DNA of 14,785 nt from a virus: UHGV virus genome UHGV-1885740; one strand, written 5' to 3'. This document shows, piece after piece, positions 13,530 through 14,785 of the stretch. Positions within the stretch are counted from its first letter, which is position 1; each line of letters opens with the position of its first letter. The translations under genes were made by a program, and so were the position numbers. Below the pieces are notes generated by a model. That model was not told the origin of the DNA. It saw only the letters and a program-made list of their open reading frames with translations, and did no database searches.

Positions 13530-13879
13530 TATTCGTCCTCCTCTTCGGTGCCTGCTTCCAGTAATAAGTTAAGAATATCTTCTGCACAAGGCTCATAGAA
13601 CTCTTGGCCTTCATTATCGATGATTTTGTAGTCATCTCCGCGAATAATCAGAGGATCACTCTCAAAATTATCGAGACCTTTAACAACGACAACACGATCG
13701 ATTGCCATCATTGTAAGAACTTTATCGACATCTTTCTCTGCTACACCATACTGCAGCAGAATGTCTTTGGTAGGAGGAACAGCATCCACCACAACACCGT
13801 TACCAAAACCTTCCGGTAAGTTAGCTAAAATATCTTCCGGAACCACACTAACATCAAAACCAGTAATTTCTACTTTCAT
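13529..13879 (-). CDS. hypothetical acidic protein (116 aa), paralogous family
   Basis: ATG with GAGGTG upstream, immediately after the upstream stop; shares DIL..NLP...GFGN with 13880-14137. Confidence 0.75.
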   Translation of the reverse strand: MKVEITGFDVSVVPEDILANLPEGFGNGVVVDAVPPTKDILLQYGVAEKDVDKVLTMMAIDRVVVVKGLDNFESDPLIIRGDDYKIIDNEGQEFYEPCAEDILNLLLEAGTEEEDE

Positions 13880-14137
13880 TTACAGCACCTCTTCGTCAGC
13901 TACTTCATAAAAATGGCCTGGGATTGCAATAGCGTTCTCACCTTCACCTACAAACACAGTTCCGTCAAGAATCAACATCATAAGAGCTTCTGGAATATCC
14001 TCTTCCTGAACGTTGCCAAAACCTTTAATCAGCTCGTAGGTTGGAAGATTTACCTCTAAGATGTCACCATCTTTAGAGCGGAAATCAACACCATCCTGAA
14101 TCTCTGCCATTTCAAGGTTTTTCAGTTTAATCTTCAT
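13880..14137 (-). CDS. hypothetical acidic protein (85 aa), paralogous family
   Basis: ORF-track frame 13880-14140 begins at TTG; ATG at 14137 is 7 nt after GGGAGA; first gene after the promoter/operator at 14169-14208. Confidence 0.7.
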   Translation of the reverse strand: MKIKLKNLEMAEIQDGVDFRSKDGDILEVNLPTYELIKGFGNVQEEDIPEALMMLILDGTVFVGEGENAIAIPGHFYEVADEEVL

Positions 14138-14168
14138 CAATCAGTCTCCCGTCTTGTTAAGATGAAGG

Positions 14169-14208
14169 TATTATTTCACACAGGGTTGGTGTTGTCAACA
14201 CCTGTGTG
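14169..14208 (-). promoter_or_regulatory. sigma70-like promoter (TTGACA-18-ATAATA) embedded in a palindrome (candidate operator)
   Basis: Reverse complement of 14193-14198 is TTGACA and of 14169-14174 is ATAATA; inverted repeat CACACAGG (14177-14184) / CCTGTGTG (14201-14208) with inner TGTTG-T-CAACA overlapping the -35. Confidence 0.6.
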
Positions 14209-14216
14209 CAAGAAAA

Positions 14217-14612
14217 TTACTGAAACAGTGCGGATAAATTACCTTCTGGTGGGAACTTATCTGCCAAAAACGGTGTTAGCACAGTAGCCTTCTGAAGATC
14301 TGGGGTCCACTCGTTGTTCAGAACATCCCAGTAGTACGCAATGTTGCTGTGTGGGTGCCGCATTACGAACTTTTTCCCTTCGTAGTCATCTGAAACCTCT
14401 ACAGAAGAAATAACAACAGAATCTTCAAGGGTTTCTTCATAGAAAGATCCGCCTTCAAATTTCCAACGAGATGCAAGAGCCCCTGCCTTGAACGCTGCAG
14501 ATAACGGACTGTCGGCAAGAACATACATTTCTTGCACTCTGTCGCTGCGATCTTTGCTTCTTACGTTGTATACAGTATCTGAGCTATACTCAACACGGTA
14601 TAGGCTTACCAT
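14217..14612 (-). CDS. hypothetical protein (131 aa)
   Basis: ATG with GAGGAGGTG 5 nt upstream; TAATG overlap with the upstream gene; ORF track. Confidence 0.75.
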   Translation of the reverse strand: MVSLYRVEYSSDTVYNVRSKDRSDRVQEMYVLADSPLSAAFKAGALASRWKFEGGSFYEETLEDSVVISSVEVSDDYEGKKFVMRHPHSNIAYYWDVLNNEWTPDLQKATVLTPFLADKFPPEGNLSALFQ

Positions 14613-14785
14613 TACCGCACCTCCTCAATAACTTCCACATCTGAACCCACCACAAATGCAAAAGGACAGGTTTCATGAAAGACATCCGGATCGCCGCCAA
14701 GCTTGCTAACAATTTCTCCACCACTAATAAACACAAGCTCACCGATATTCATCAGATTGCTGAAATAGTATCCATAATGATTAAA
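14612..14785 (-). CDS. hypothetical protein, C-terminal 57 aa only (gene starts beyond window end)
   Basis: Minus-strand frame is open from the window edge to TAA (14612-14614), which overlaps the next ATG; reads ...FNHYGYYFSNLMNIGELVFISGGEIVSKLGGDPDVFHETCPFAFVVGSDVEVIEEVR. Confidence 0.55.
   Translation of the reverse strand, partial: FNHYGYYFSNLMNIGELVFISGGEIVSKLGGDPDVFHETCPFAFVVGSDVEVIEEVR

Noticed and set aside
1-14785. tRNA genes, CRISPR array, or transposase/integrase
   Set aside because: No T-loop-like GGTTCGAATCC or cloverleaf candidates were seen. The repeats in 7720-10160 are not evenly spaced identical units separated by unique spacers. No ORF exceeds 207 aa, so no recombinase-sized gene is present.

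Overview
This window looks like a segment of a virulent, enterobacteria-type phage genome, and nothing in it can be assigned a function from sequence alone. It has three parts. (1) Positions 1-7720 hold about 24 small rightward genes (26-207 aa), most with their own sigma70-like promoter, a strong Shine-Dalgarno site, and often an intrinsic terminator. (2) Positions 7720-10160 are a 2.4-kb non-coding, repeat-dense zone on which both flanking gene sets converge. It contains a tandem iteron-like array, a nested inverted/direct-repeat element and a recurring CTCTTCAGG motif. (3) Positions 10211-14785 hold at least 14 leftward genes, mostly translationally coupled, including a family of paralogous small acidic proteins and several small hydrophobic peptides. 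No rRNA, tRNA, CRISPR array, transposase or integrase was seen. All coordinates were worked out by hand from the sequence and the ORF track; promoter, terminator and hairpin calls are pattern-based. Many ORF-track entries begin at GTG/TTG, so several starts were moved to a downstream ATG that has a ribosome-binding site.
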